A stretch of 64,000 nucleotides of DNA, from positions 6,021 through 70,020 of the forward strand of contig CAZSUC010000001.1 of NCBI GenBank assembly GCA_964610055.1, given 5' to 3'. The notes under the pieces were generated by a model. It was given only the letters and a program-made list of their open reading frames with translations. It was not told where the DNA came from and ran no database searches. The translations under genes and the position numbers were made by a program. The DNA is from an uncultured Candidatus Saccharibacteria bacterium (GTDB lineage Bacteria; Patescibacteriota; Andersenbacteria; UBA10190). Positions 10,545 to 19,540 of this stretch are shown here, piece after piece (position 1 is the first letter of the stretch; each line of letters opens with the position of its first letter).

Positions 10545-11240
10545 ATGAGGCCTGGTCCAAAACCAAAGGGCTGCGTATCTATTCAATGGTCATCAAAATT
10601 CGCTTATGCAATTGGTCTTCTTGTAGCAGATGGCTGCTTACTCAATGATGAACGACACATTGATTTTACATCCAAAGATTTAGGACAGATACAAACATTT
10701 AAAAAATGCTTGGGACTCAAAGTAAAAATCGGTACAAAAATATCAGGAACAGGCAAAAAATCTTACCGCATACAATTTGGGGACGTACTATTTTACAAGT
10801 TTCTTATACAAATCGGACTATCTACAGCAAAATCAAAAACAATATCGGGTGTTTCTGTGCCCAACCAATATTTCCCTGACTTTCTTCGAGGCTATTTTGA
10901 CGGAGATGGAACTAGTTATTCTTTCTATGATTCTATATTTCCAAAAAGTTATAGATTCTACATTGGATTTACGACTGCCAGCCCTAAGTTTGTCCATTGG
11001 TTAAGAAAGAAAATCAAAGATCTAGTACACGTAAAAGGACATATTTTCAATTATCCCAACAATAACTATTTCCAACTTAAATACTCAAAGCGTGAAGCCG
11101 TGGCAATTTGTCAATACATGTACAAGAAAAACAGTATCTACTTTTTAAAAAGAAAATATTTGAAAATTCAAAATTCTATACGCATAATCAATCAATGCCG
11201 AGGTGGTGAAATTGGTAAACACGCTACGTTCAGGTCGTAG
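10545..11240 (+). CDS. free-standing double-motif LAGLIDADG homing endonuclease-like protein overlapping tRNA-Leu
   Basis: AYAIGLLVADG and DFLRGYFDGDG motifs; basic and AT-rich; the last 14 residues and the stop are read from the tRNA. Confidence 0.88.
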   Translation: MRPGPKPKGCVSIQWSSKFAYAIGLLVADGCLLNDERHIDFTSKDLGQIQTFKKCLGLKVKIGTKISGTGKKSYRIQFGDVLFYKFLIQIGLSTAKSKTISGVSVPNQYFPDFLRGYFDGDGTSYSFYDSIFPKSYRFYIGFTTASPKFVHWLRKKIKDLVHVKGHIFNYPNNNYFQLKYSKREAVAICQYMYKKNSIYFLKRKYLKIQNSIRIINQCRGGEIGKHATFRS

Positions 11241-11280
11241 TGCTCGCAAGGGCTTGCGGGTTCAAGTCCCGCTCTCGGCA
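11197..11280 (+). tRNA. tRNA-Leu(CAG), CCA not encoded
   Basis: GCCGAGG/TCTCGGC acceptor stem, D loop AATTGGTAAA, CTACG-TTCAGGT-CGTAG anticodon arm, long variable arm, GCGGG-TTCAAGT-CCCGC T arm, discriminator A. Confidence 0.97.
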
Positions 11281-11525
11281 CAAGAATTACTTATTTTTTA
11301 TTTACAGTTCCCTATTTCTCCATAGTTCCTAATCTAAAAATTAGATTTTACTCGAAACACTATACTAATATTAAATTTAATAATTCTTACCGTCTTCTGA
11401 ACCAGTATCACTGTCTATACCTGTCTAGAAGTCAGAGATATAAGCAATAGAAGATTTGTTATTTGCTCTAATAAAAGATAAAGACTAATTCTTGCTAATT
11501 TCCAGTACCTTTATAAAACACCGTT

Positions 11526-11684
11526 ATGACTCACTATACCTGCACCGAATGCCATGGCGTCTCAGACACCCCTGGCGTTTGCCAAGACCCCGACTGCCTG
11601 AAACAAGAGCAAGAGCTCACTCCTTGCGACTGCACCGACGGCGAGCACGGCGCTGATTACGACGAAGATTACTACGCTCATTAG
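11526..11684 (+). CDS. 52-aa Cys-rich putative metal-binding microprotein
   Basis: Hand translation MTHYTCTECHGVSDTPGVCQDPDCLKQEQELTPCDCTDGEHGADYDEDYYAH; 6 Cys; codon style like neighbouring + strand genes; below the ORF-track length cutoff. Confidence 0.8.
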   Translation: MTHYTCTECHGVSDTPGVCQDPDCLKQEQELTPCDCTDGEHGADYDEDYYAH

Positions 11685-11692
11685 CTCAAAGT

Positions 11693-11721
11693 TTGACAAA
11701 TACACTCCCTTCTGCTAAGCT
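11693..11721 (+). promoter_or_regulatory. sigma70-type promoter of rnj
   Basis: TTGACA-17 bp-TAAGCT with an extended TG. Confidence 0.8.
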
Positions 11722-11727
11722 TCATAC

Positions 11728-11929
11728 AGGTACTTCCGTGATGCACGAAAACGCGTGTTTATTTCTGACATTCCTTTTCGCGTCCCACGGCAATCGTTTT
11801 CTGTAATTAAACTTGGTTGTTACCACCCTACTGCTGTAATAACCAGACAAACGAATACCCGTGTGTCCTAGCTATATTTAGCTAATAGTTTTTGACTTTA
11901 ATTTATTTATTAAAATTTAATTCTCAGTA
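11728..11929 (+). promoter_or_regulatory. structured ~200-nt 5' leader of rnj
   Basis: Stems CCGTG/CACGG (11736-40/11786-90), CGAAAA/TTTTCG, TCGTTT/AAACGA (11794-99/11849-54), TGGTTGTTAC/GTAATAACCA (11814-23/11836-45). Confidence 0.6.
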
Positions 11930-13882
11930 ATGAATCAATCTAATTCCGGTACGGCTGTTAAGCGTACTATTCCAACTCCTCCGCCGATCCCTCAGCGGCC
12001 AGCGGCTATTCGTCGTCCTCAATCTACAGTCACCGCGGCTCCAAAAGCTCGTCCCGACTCCAAACGACGCCGTCCTTCTGACAACAATCGTCGTCCTAAT
12101 AATCGCCGTCCTGGCGGCCGCGCTCCGCGTGGCCGTGGAGGTCGCAATGTTGGTGTCCATTTTGGCCCATCCCGCAGCGCCTCTACTCAAGATATTAAAC
12201 AACCACCTCGCAATCCTGATGCCATGCATCTTTTGCCTTTAGGTGGCTTAGAAGAAATTGGCCGTAATTCCGCTGCCGTTGAATACAAAGACAGCATCGT
12301 TATTATCGACATCGGTCTCATGTTCCCGACCGAGAATATGCACGGCATTGACTATATCATCCCTGATATTTCTCCTCTGTATGGCAAAGAGAAAAAAATC
12401 AAAGGTGTGATTATCACCCATGCTCACTACGATCACTTTGGCGGCGCTCCTCATATCTTGCCTAAACTTGGCAATCCTCCCGTTTACGGTTCTGAATTCA
12501 CTACACGTATTTTTCAAAAACGCCACGCTGAATTCCCGGATTATGCTAAACCGCAAATTCACGTTGTCCAACCTAACCAAAGTTTCCGCTTAGGTGATTT
12601 TGAGATTGAAACTTTTCACGTTAATCATTCCGTTCCTAACGCTTTTGGTGTCGTTGTTCGTTCCCCGGCCGGATCTATCGCCTTCACTGGTGATTTCAAA
12701 TTCGACCACAACCCCGTTAACGACAAACCCGCCGACGAAGAACGTATTAAAGAATTAGCTGCTAAAGGCATTAGCGTCCTTTACACTGATTCGACCGGCG
12801 CCGAAAAAGAAGGTCACTCAATTTCCGAGTCAATTATCGAAACTAATCTCGATAAAATTTTCGACGCTCATCCTAACCAGCGCATCATCACCGCTACCTT
12901 CTCCACCATGATCGATCGTCTGCAACAAATGATTTCGGTCGCCGAAAAACATGGTCGGAAAGTTGCGATTGACGGCTACTCCATGAAAACCAACGTCGAA
13001 ATCGCACGTGAAATCGGTTTCATGAAAGTTAAGAAAGAAACTATTATCACCCCTGAAGAAAGCAACAAGCTTCCGCCAGGCAAAGTCCTTATTCTTTGCA
13101 CCGGTGCTCAAGGTGAAGACAACGCTGTTCTTATGCGTTTGGTTAACAAAGAACATCGTAGTCTTGAGTTACAAGCCGGCGACGTTGTTATCTTCTCCTC
13201 GTCAGTCATCCCTGGCAACGAAGCTTCCGTGCAAATTGTTAAAGATCAGATCTACAAACAAGGCGCCGAAGTGTATCACTACAAGATGATGGATATTCAT
13301 TCCGGTGGTCATGGTCATCGCGACGACTTGGTTCACATGATGGAACTGATGCAACCTCAGTACGTTATTCCTGCTCACGGCTATTTCAGTTTCCGTGCCG
13401 AACACGCTAAATTAGCGGTTGCTCACGGCATCCCTCGCGATCACATTCTTTTGCCCAGCAACGGTGAAGTCATTGAAATTACTCCACACAAAGTCCGTCT
13501 CAACGGTGAAAAATATGAAATTAGTCACGTCATGGTTGACGGTCTCGGTGTCGGTGATGTCGGTAACGTAGTTCTACGTGACCGCCAAATCCTTGCCGCT
13601 GACGGTATGGTTGTTTTAATTGCCACCGTTGACGGTCGCACCGGAGAAGTCATTGGCGAACCTGATTTAATCACGCGTGGTTTCATCTATATCAAAGAAC
13701 ATCAACAGTTGGTCAAAGATACCCGCACTAAGATTAAAGACATTATTCGCAAACAAACCGGCAAACGCGGTGAACCGAATTGGACTCACTTGAAAGCCAA
13801 CCTACGCGACGATATTGGTCAATTCCTCTTCCAGAAAACCGAACGTCGCCCCATGGTTTTGCCTGTTATCGTTGAAGTCTAA
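11930..13882 (+). CDS. rnj: ribonuclease J with a ~95-aa Arg/Pro-rich N-terminal extension
   Basis: PLGGLEEIGRN, ITHAHYDHFG, TGDFKFD, HSGGH, C-terminal RRPMVLPVIVEV. Confidence 0.97.
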   Translation: MNQSNSGTAVKRTIPTPPPIPQRPAAIRRPQSTVTAAPKARPDSKRRRPSDNNRRPNNRRPGGRAPRGRGGRNVGVHFGPSRSASTQDIKQPPRNPDAMHLLPLGGLEEIGRNSAAVEYKDSIVIIDIGLMFPTENMHGIDYIIPDISPLYGKEKKIKGVIITHAHYDHFGGAPHILPKLGNPPVYGSEFTTRIFQKRHAEFPDYAKPQIHVVQPNQSFRLGDFEIETFHVNHSVPNAFGVVVRSPAGSIAFTGDFKFDHNPVNDKPADEERIKELAAKGISVLYTDSTGAEKEGHSISESIIETNLDKIFDAHPNQRIITATFSTMIDRLQQMISVAEKHGRKVAIDGYSMKTNVEIAREIGFMKVKKETIITPEESNKLPPGKVLILCTGAQGEDNAVLMRLVNKEHRSLELQAGDVVIFSSSVIPGNEASVQIVKDQIYKQGAEVYHYKMMDIHSGGHGHRDDLVHMMELMQPQYVIPAHGYFSFRAEHAKLAVAHGIPRDHILLPSNGEVIEITPHKVRLNGEKYEISHVMVDGLGVGDVGNVVLRDRQILAADGMVVLIATVDGRTGEVIGEPDLITRGFIYIKEHQQLVKDTRTKIKDIIRKQTGKRGEPNWTHLKANLRDDIGQFLFQKTERRPMVLPVIVEV

Positions 13883-13900
13883 ACTCTGAATTGTCATCTT

Positions 13901-13931
13901 GGCAGCTTGCCTAACAGGCAAGCTGCCTTTA
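13901..13931 (+). terminator. perfect 12-bp hairpin between rnj and trpS (terminator or REP-like palindrome)
   Basis: GGCAGCTTGCCT-aac-AGGCAAGCTGCC followed by TTT. Confidence 0.65.
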
Positions 13932-13941
13932 TCGTGACAAT

Positions 13942-14931
13942 ATGACTCAAGACTTTGGCCGAATTTTTTCCGGCATTCAACCCTCAGGATCACTCCACAT
14001 CGGTAACTATTTAGGCGCCATGAAAGAATGGGTTCGACTATCTCAAAACTCGGACGCTTTCTTCTGCATTGTCGACGAACACGCTATTACCGTTCCTTAT
14101 GAACCCAAGGATTTACCTGATCGTGTTCTCCAAACCGCCGCCTGGTATTTAGCCGCTGGTATCAATCCTGACCACAGCATCATTTTTGTCCAATCGCACG
14201 TCCCCGCTCACACTGAGTTAGCTTGGCTCCTCATGTCCGTTACGCCTTTCGGCGAACTCTCCCGCATGACTCAATTCAAAGACAAGTCTCTCAAACAAGC
14301 CGATCATACCTCCGCTGCTCTCTTTAATTATCCTGTTTTAATGGCCGCTGATATTCTGTTATACGATACCGACACTGTTCCTGTTGGCGAGGATCAAGTT
14401 CAGCACCTAGAACTCACGCGCGATTTAGCCACCTTATTCAACAAACGCTTCGGTGAAACTTTTAAAATTCCACGCACTCATCTCACCTCTCAGGCCGCCC
14501 GCATTATGTCCCTCACTGACCCAACTAAAAAGATGAGCAAGAGTGATCAGCCTAAAAGTTACATTGCTCTCAACGACGACGCTAACACTATTCGCAAAAA
14601 AATTATGTCTGCCGTCACTGAAACCGAACCAGTTTTCTCTTTTAAAAACAGTGGTCCCGCCGTCACAAACCTCTTGAATATTTACCAAGCCTTTAGCGAT
14701 GAATCCGTAACTGCAATCGAAGAAAAATTCGCCGGCAGCACCTACAAAGATTTTAAAACCGCGTTAGCTGATCTCATTATTGCATCACTCTCTCCTCTGC
14801 AAACCAAATACCAAACCCTGCGCACCGAAGACGACAAACTTCGTATCTTACTTGGTCGCGGCATGCACCAGGCCCAAGCTTACGCTCAACAAACCCTCTC
14901 CCGCGTCAAAACAAAAATGGGATTACTGTAA
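13942..14931 (+). CDS. trpS: tryptophan--tRNA ligase
   Basis: SGIQPSG.LHIGNY, YPVLMAADIL, VPVGEDQ, KMSKS. Confidence 0.98.
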   Translation: MTQDFGRIFSGIQPSGSLHIGNYLGAMKEWVRLSQNSDAFFCIVDEHAITVPYEPKDLPDRVLQTAAWYLAAGINPDHSIIFVQSHVPAHTELAWLLMSVTPFGELSRMTQFKDKSLKQADHTSAALFNYPVLMAADILLYDTDTVPVGEDQVQHLELTRDLATLFNKRFGETFKIPRTHLTSQAARIMSLTDPTKKMSKSDQPKSYIALNDDANTIRKKIMSAVTETEPVFSFKNSGPAVTNLLNIYQAFSDESVTAIEEKFAGSTYKDFKTALADLIIASLSPLQTKYQTLRTEDDKLRILLGRGMHQAQAYAQQTLSRVKTKMGLL

Positions 14932-14941
14932 TTTGCTCCTG

Positions 14942-16270
14942 TCACGCTGTAATTACCGCCTCAATCTCCTTTTTCTTTTCCGCTAACAGCTCCTGAGTTT
15001 TCGCTTCCATATTCAATCGCAATAACGGCTCAGTATTACTTCCGCGCACATTCGCCCACCATTCTGGATAACTAATTGTTAGTCCGTCTAACTCTAGAAT
15101 TTCAGCGTCCGTAAACAAACTCTTAATTTTTTCCAATATCACTCCTTTATCTTTAACTTCATAATTAAGCTCTGGAGTTTTAGCATATCTTTCTAAGGGC
15201 TTCACTATCGCTGACATTTTTTGGCCTGATTCTTTCAGCATGCGAATAACATACGCCATAGCCAACATTCCTGATTCCGCATACCACGGCGCGAAATAGA
15301 AGTGCCCAGATACTTCTCCCGCAAAAATAGCATTTTCTTTACGCATCTGCGCTTTAATATTTGAATGTCCAACTTTCGACATATTACTCGTTCCTCCTGC
15401 CTCTTCAATTACTTCTTTTACTGTCCGCGAAGATCGCAAATCATACAAAATATGTGCGCCCGGATTTTTCTTGAGCAATTCCTGCGCAATTAAAGCTGTG
15501 GTTAAATCTCCCGGCACTGTTACTCCTTGCTCGGTGCTGAAAAATACTCGATCCCCATCCCCATCAAACGCTACTCCCAAATCTGCTCCGTGTTCTTTTA
15601 CCGCTGCGTTCAAATCCACCATGTTCTTTTCTTCCAACGGGTTAGCTTCATGATGAGGGAATGATCCGTCCGGGTCCCAGTACAATGGCACAACTTCTCC
15701 GCCAATACGTTCAAATACCTCCGCTAATAACACTCCTGCCATCCCATTACCAGCATCAACCACTATCTTCAAGCCATTCGCTATCCCCTCTTCACACACT
15801 TCTTTTAGATATGCCTCTCGCACCGATTGATCCGACGTTACCACCCCTACTTTCACCGGTTCGCTCCACTCTCGTTTCTCGGTTAAATCTCTAATTTCCG
15901 TTAAACCAGAATCGCCTCCAATTGGCACTGCTTCCGCTCGCGTCATTTTTATCCCATTATATTGCCCTGGATTATGGGAAGCCGTCACCATCAATCCACC
16001 ATCAGTTTTTAGATAATGCACCGCAAAATACAATAACGGAGACGTACACAAACCAATATCTATCACATCCACCCCAGCTTCAGTTAGTCCTTGGTGTAAA
16101 TATTTCACCACTTCCGGTGTACTTGTCCGCATATCATAACCCACCACTACGCGCTTGGCGCCTGTATGCACCGCATATGCTCGCCCAATATGATAGGCTT
16201 CACTTGGATCAAATTCATCCGGCACGACCCCCCGGATGTCATACGAATGAAAAATACTTTGATTAAACAT
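14942..16270 (-). CDS. phosphomannomutase/phosphoglucomutase
   Basis: YDIRG, TASHNP, DGDGDR, GEVSGH, RGSNTEP; start placed at MFNQ. Confidence 0.96.
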   Translation of the reverse strand: MFNQSIFHSYDIRGVVPDEFDPSEAYHIGRAYAVHTGAKRVVVGYDMRTSTPEVVKYLHQGLTEAGVDVIDIGLCTSPLLYFAVHYLKTDGGLMVTASHNPGQYNGIKMTRAEAVPIGGDSGLTEIRDLTEKREWSEPVKVGVVTSDQSVREAYLKEVCEEGIANGLKIVVDAGNGMAGVLLAEVFERIGGEVVPLYWDPDGSFPHHEANPLEEKNMVDLNAAVKEHGADLGVAFDGDGDRVFFSTEQGVTVPGDLTTALIAQELLKKNPGAHILYDLRSSRTVKEVIEEAGGTSNMSKVGHSNIKAQMRKENAIFAGEVSGHFYFAPWYAESGMLAMAYVIRMLKESGQKMSAIVKPLERYAKTPELNYEVKDKGVILEKIKSLFTDAEILELDGLTISYPEWWANVRGSNTEPLLRLNMEAKTQELLAEKKKEIEAVITA

Positions 16271-16291
16271 AGTTTTATAATACAAAACTGA

Positions 16292-16600
16292 TTAAATCCC
16301 TCCAACCAAATCAATTTTGGCTGCTAACCGAAAATCTTTTTCCGTTAACTTTCCCCGACCTTCTGTTCCGACTTCTACTATAACCTGACGACTGCCAATC
16401 TCCAGCCCAGGATATTGCCCCACTTCCTCCGCTATCGCTGCTACATCATTAGCAAACAACATCGCTTCCGCAAAGCTGTTAAACTCAAATATCCTTCGTA
16501 ATTTGTCCCCCAAATCCCCTAACTCCCACTGCAATTGAAACTGTTCTAAACATTCTTGCCCTTCTGTATCTATTTTTGTTTTACTATTTTTTCGATTCAT
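16292..16600 (-). CDS. pterin-4a-carbinolamine dehydratase-like protein (PhhB fold, HHP motif absent)
   Basis: W....L.R.FEF.SF.EAM.FAN.VA.IAE...LTEKDF.LAAKID. Confidence 0.8.
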   Translation of the reverse strand: MNRKNSKTKIDTEGQECLEQFQLQWELGDLGDKLRRIFEFNSFAEAMLFANDVAAIAEEVGQYPGLEIGSRQVIVEVGTEGRGKLTEKDFRLAAKIDLVGGI

Positions 16601-16745
16601 GATTTTTGCTTAATGCTTTTATCATGCCGTCTACGTTTTATTACCTCAACTTTATTTTGATCTTGGTAAAAGTATGATACCATATGAAAACACTCGCAAC
16701 AGTCTCCCGTTCTTTTCCTTTTGGCCCCGCATGGAGAGCAACGCC

Positions 16746-16952
16746 ATGTCAACCGCCAATCTTCCTTCTCATTGTTCTTCACTTGGACGCTTACATTCAA
16801 GAGGAATCTTGAACATGAGCCCCGAAGAACTCACGGAAACTTACCAAGCCTACGGCATTCCCAGAGAAGCTTGGTATTCGCGGGCAAACACAGTGCTCGC
16901 TTTACTCAGAATCGCTGTCTTCGAGCAACCGCTCGGAATCGGCGAAGATTAG
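16746..16952 (+). CDS. 68-aa orphan protein in a self-contained cassette
   Basis: GGAGAG 7 nt before the ATG (MSTANLPSHCSS...GIGED), TATGAT upstream, terminator downstream. Confidence 0.55.
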   Translation: MSTANLPSHCSSLGRLHSRGILNMSPEELTETYQAYGIPREAWYSRANTVLALLRIAVFEQPLGIGED

Positions 16953-16972
16953 ATTGGTGGCACGAATCACAC

Positions 16973-17006
16973 ACCCCTAAGAGCACAGCTCTCGGGGGTT
17001 CTTTTT
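16973..17006 (+). terminator. intrinsic terminator
   Basis: ACCCCtaAGAGC-aca-GCTCTcgGGGGT followed by TCTTTTT. Confidence 0.75.
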
Positions 17007-17104
17007 ACAAAATTATTTCAGTTATTCACTAGCAACTTCACTCAACTTCTGCGATATTAAATATAGATTCGCGTACGTTTCCTTCATATCAGAGCATTTC
17101 TTAC

Positions 17105-19168
17105 ATGCGTATTTTTCGCCAACTCTTTAACCTTTGCTTAATCACTTCGTTACCTTTTGCTCTTTTCGCTCTTTTACTCCTCGCTTATTCCATTCGCATT
17201 TATCGCACTTACGAACTTGGCACAGCTGAGTCAATCATGAATCGTAAGGATACCGGCATTGAAATTGCCGATCAATCCGGACAAGTTTTTTTCGCCTTTG
17301 ACCAAGATCACTTTAGTACGTTCGTTCCGCTTAGCGATATTCCTTTATTCACTCAGACTGCTGTCATTGCTGCCGAAGATAAGAACTTTTACTCCCATCA
17401 CGGCTTTTCTCCCAGCGGTCTTTTCCGTTCAATTTATTTAAATTACCGCACTCACGACCTATCTTACGGCGGCTCTACTATTTCCCAACAATTAGTTAAA
17501 AACTCCTTCTTAACCCCCGATAAAAGCCTACAACGCAAATATTACGAACTTATTTTGGCTCTCAAATTAGAACGCAACTTTTCTAAAAACCAAATCTTAG
17601 AAATGTATCTTAATTCTGCCTATTTCGGCGAGGGTATTTTTGGTATCGAACAAGCCGCTCAAGTCTATTTCGACAAATCCGCACCTAATCTTAATCTCGC
17701 TGAATCCAGCATGCTTGCCGGCCTCTTGCCTGCCCCGGCTGTTCTTTCTCCCTTATCCGGAGAGATCACTGAAAGCCAAAGCCGGCAGCGCTATGTCCTT
17801 GATCGTATGGTGGAAAATAATTTTATCACTGCCACTGATCGCGCCGATGCTCTTACTACTATTCTATCCTTTAATCAACACGGCACCGGTCTTAATCACT
17901 ATGCCCCTCATTTTGCTCTTATGGTTCGCGATCAGCTCATCAATACTTACGGTGAAGAGTATGTGATGCGCTCTGGCTTCAAAGTTACCACTACTCTGAA
18001 TTTAGAATGGCAAAAATATCTCGAAGAAAAATTACCTGAATATATAGCAACTCTCAATCATGTCAACGCCTCTAACGGAGCCGTTGTCGTGCTTGATCCG
18101 CGTACCGGTGCCGTTCGCGCCTTAGCCGGTAGTATCAGTTGGTTTGAACCTAATTGGGGTACAGTTAATATGGCAACATCGCCACGCCAAACCGGTTCCG
18201 CTTTCAAACCGCTTGTCTACGCCACCGCGCTTCAACAACACGTCATCACTCCTGCCAGCGTTATCGCCGACCGCCCCAAAACCTACGCTCCTAATTGGAC
18301 TCCGCAAAATTATGACGGACGTTTCCGCGGTACCGTTACAGCTCGCTTTGCTTTAGGTAATTCTCTTAACATTCCTTCAATTGAAGTAACCCAGCAAACT
18401 GGCCCGTCTGCTATCATCGCTCTCAGTCAAAAACTTGGCATTACCTCTTTTAGTGCAGACGCTTCTCATAATCTTTCTATCGCTCTTGGTACTGAACAAA
18501 TTAGCCTCCTTGAATTAACCGGAGCTTACTCAGCCTTTGCGAATAACGGCAGTTTTAATTCCCCACAATTAATCACTCAAATAATTAACAAAAAAGGGCA
18601 AACTGTCCCCTGGGAGACCGCCGTCCCTCAAGAAGTTATTGATCCCGCTGTCGCCTATCAAATCACCGACATCTTATCTGACAACACTACTCGGCAAATA
18701 ACCTTTGGTAACACTTTAGTTTTGCCTTTTTCTGCTGCGGCGAAAACCGGCACTACTCAAGACTTTCGCGACGCTTGGACGGTCGGTTACACCTCGGAAC
18801 TTGCAGTTGGTATCTGGATTGGAAACAATGACAACTCTTCTATGATAAATCTCCCCGGAGCCACCGGTGCTGCTCCGCTTTGGCGTGATCTCATGCAACG
18901 TTTTACCGGTATACCCGCGCCTACTCGGTCCGATCCGCCTGATACTTTAGTTGCTGTTCGTGTTTGTTCTTCCAGTGGCCTGCTCTTACCCGCCACCAGC
19001 TCGTCTGGCTATATCGAATATTTTGTCTCCGGCACCGAACCTACTCAATACTGTATTATCCCTCAGTCAACTACCAATCCCGTCACCTCGCCTGCTCCCG
19101 CTCAAGTTCCCGCTGCTCCTGCTTCTATCGTCTCGCATTCAGATAACAACAAAACTCCAGAAACATAA
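17105..19168 (+). CDS. class A penicillin-binding protein (transglycosylase/transpeptidase)
   Basis: EDKNFY.H.G, GGSTISQQLVKN, YLNSAYFG, GSAFKP (SxxK), SLN, KTGT. Confidence 0.96.
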   Translation: MRIFRQLFNLCLITSLPFALFALLLLAYSIRIYRTYELGTAESIMNRKDTGIEIADQSGQVFFAFDQDHFSTFVPLSDIPLFTQTAVIAAEDKNFYSHHGFSPSGLFRSIYLNYRTHDLSYGGSTISQQLVKNSFLTPDKSLQRKYYELILALKLERNFSKNQILEMYLNSAYFGEGIFGIEQAAQVYFDKSAPNLNLAESSMLAGLLPAPAVLSPLSGEITESQSRQRYVLDRMVENNFITATDRADALTTILSFNQHGTGLNHYAPHFALMVRDQLINTYGEEYVMRSGFKVTTTLNLEWQKYLEEKLPEYIATLNHVNASNGAVVVLDPRTGAVRALAGSISWFEPNWGTVNMATSPRQTGSAFKPLVYATALQQHVITPASVIADRPKTYAPNWTPQNYDGRFRGTVTARFALGNSLNIPSIEVTQQTGPSAIIALSQKLGITSFSADASHNLSIALGTEQISLLELTGAYSAFANNGSFNSPQLITQIINKKGQTVPWETAVPQEVIDPAVAYQITDILSDNTTRQITFGNTLVLPFSAAAKTGTTQDFRDAWTVGYTSELAVGIWIGNNDNSSMINLPGATGAAPLWRDLMQRFTGIPAPTRSDPPDTLVAVRVCSSSGLLLPATSSSGYIEYFVSGTEPTQYCIIPQSTTNPVTSPAPAQVPAAPASIVSHSDNNKTPET

Positions 19169-19201
19169 AAGAAGCCGCTAGTGCTAACCAGCACCAGCGG
19201 C
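19165..19201 (-). terminator. intrinsic terminator for the 19212-19415 gene
   Basis: GCCGCTaGTGCT-aacc-AGCACcAGCGGC with a TTCTTTT tail on the minus strand. Confidence 0.75.
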
Positions 19202-19211
19202 CATTCCCTCA

Positions 19212-19415
19212 CTAACCCATATGTGCTTCCCGAAATGTCACCGGATCTCCACAATGAACAATTTGATCAATGAGATCCGCATAACAAAAGCCAGGAACTT
19301 CTTCCTCCAGTTGTTTCTCCAACCACTCGTCAACTTCAACTGCCGTTTTCAGACCTTGCACACCTGGCACCACCCAAACACGATCTTCTTCGCCAACACA
19401 TCCGTGTTCACTCAC
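19212..19415 (-). CDS. 67-aa acidic orphan protein in a self-contained cassette
   Basis: AGGAGG 5 nt before GTG; TTGTAA-17-TAGTTT promoter upstream; terminator downstream. Confidence 0.55.
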   Translation of the reverse strand: MSEHGCVGEEDRVWVVPGVQGLKTAVEVDEWLEKQLEEEVPGFCYADLIDQIVHCGDPVTFREAHMG

Positions 19416-19540
19416 ACAACCCTCCTGTGCGTTGAACGCACCAAAAAGAACAACTTGTAAAACAACAATTTTCTTAAACTACCCTATTTTATCTGAAATT
19501 ACAACTGTTCAAACTAGTCTCCCTGCAGTATATTTCCCCT

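Noticed and set aside
10545-11240. LAGLIDADG ORF as an intein or as a group I intron ORF in the tRNA
   Set aside because: No Cys/Ser start or His-Asn end, no host extein, no room for a ribozyme core, and the tRNA is uninterrupted
11281-11525. Possible ncRNA in the AT-rich gap after the tRNA
   Set aside because: Only short, weak stems (e.g. AATCTA/TAGATT) and no recognisable family
16597-17032. Alternative ORFs 16597-16800(-), 16721-17032(+) and the 16674 start
   Set aside because: The SD, -10 and terminator positions fit only the ATG at 16746; the 16721 ORF runs through the terminator
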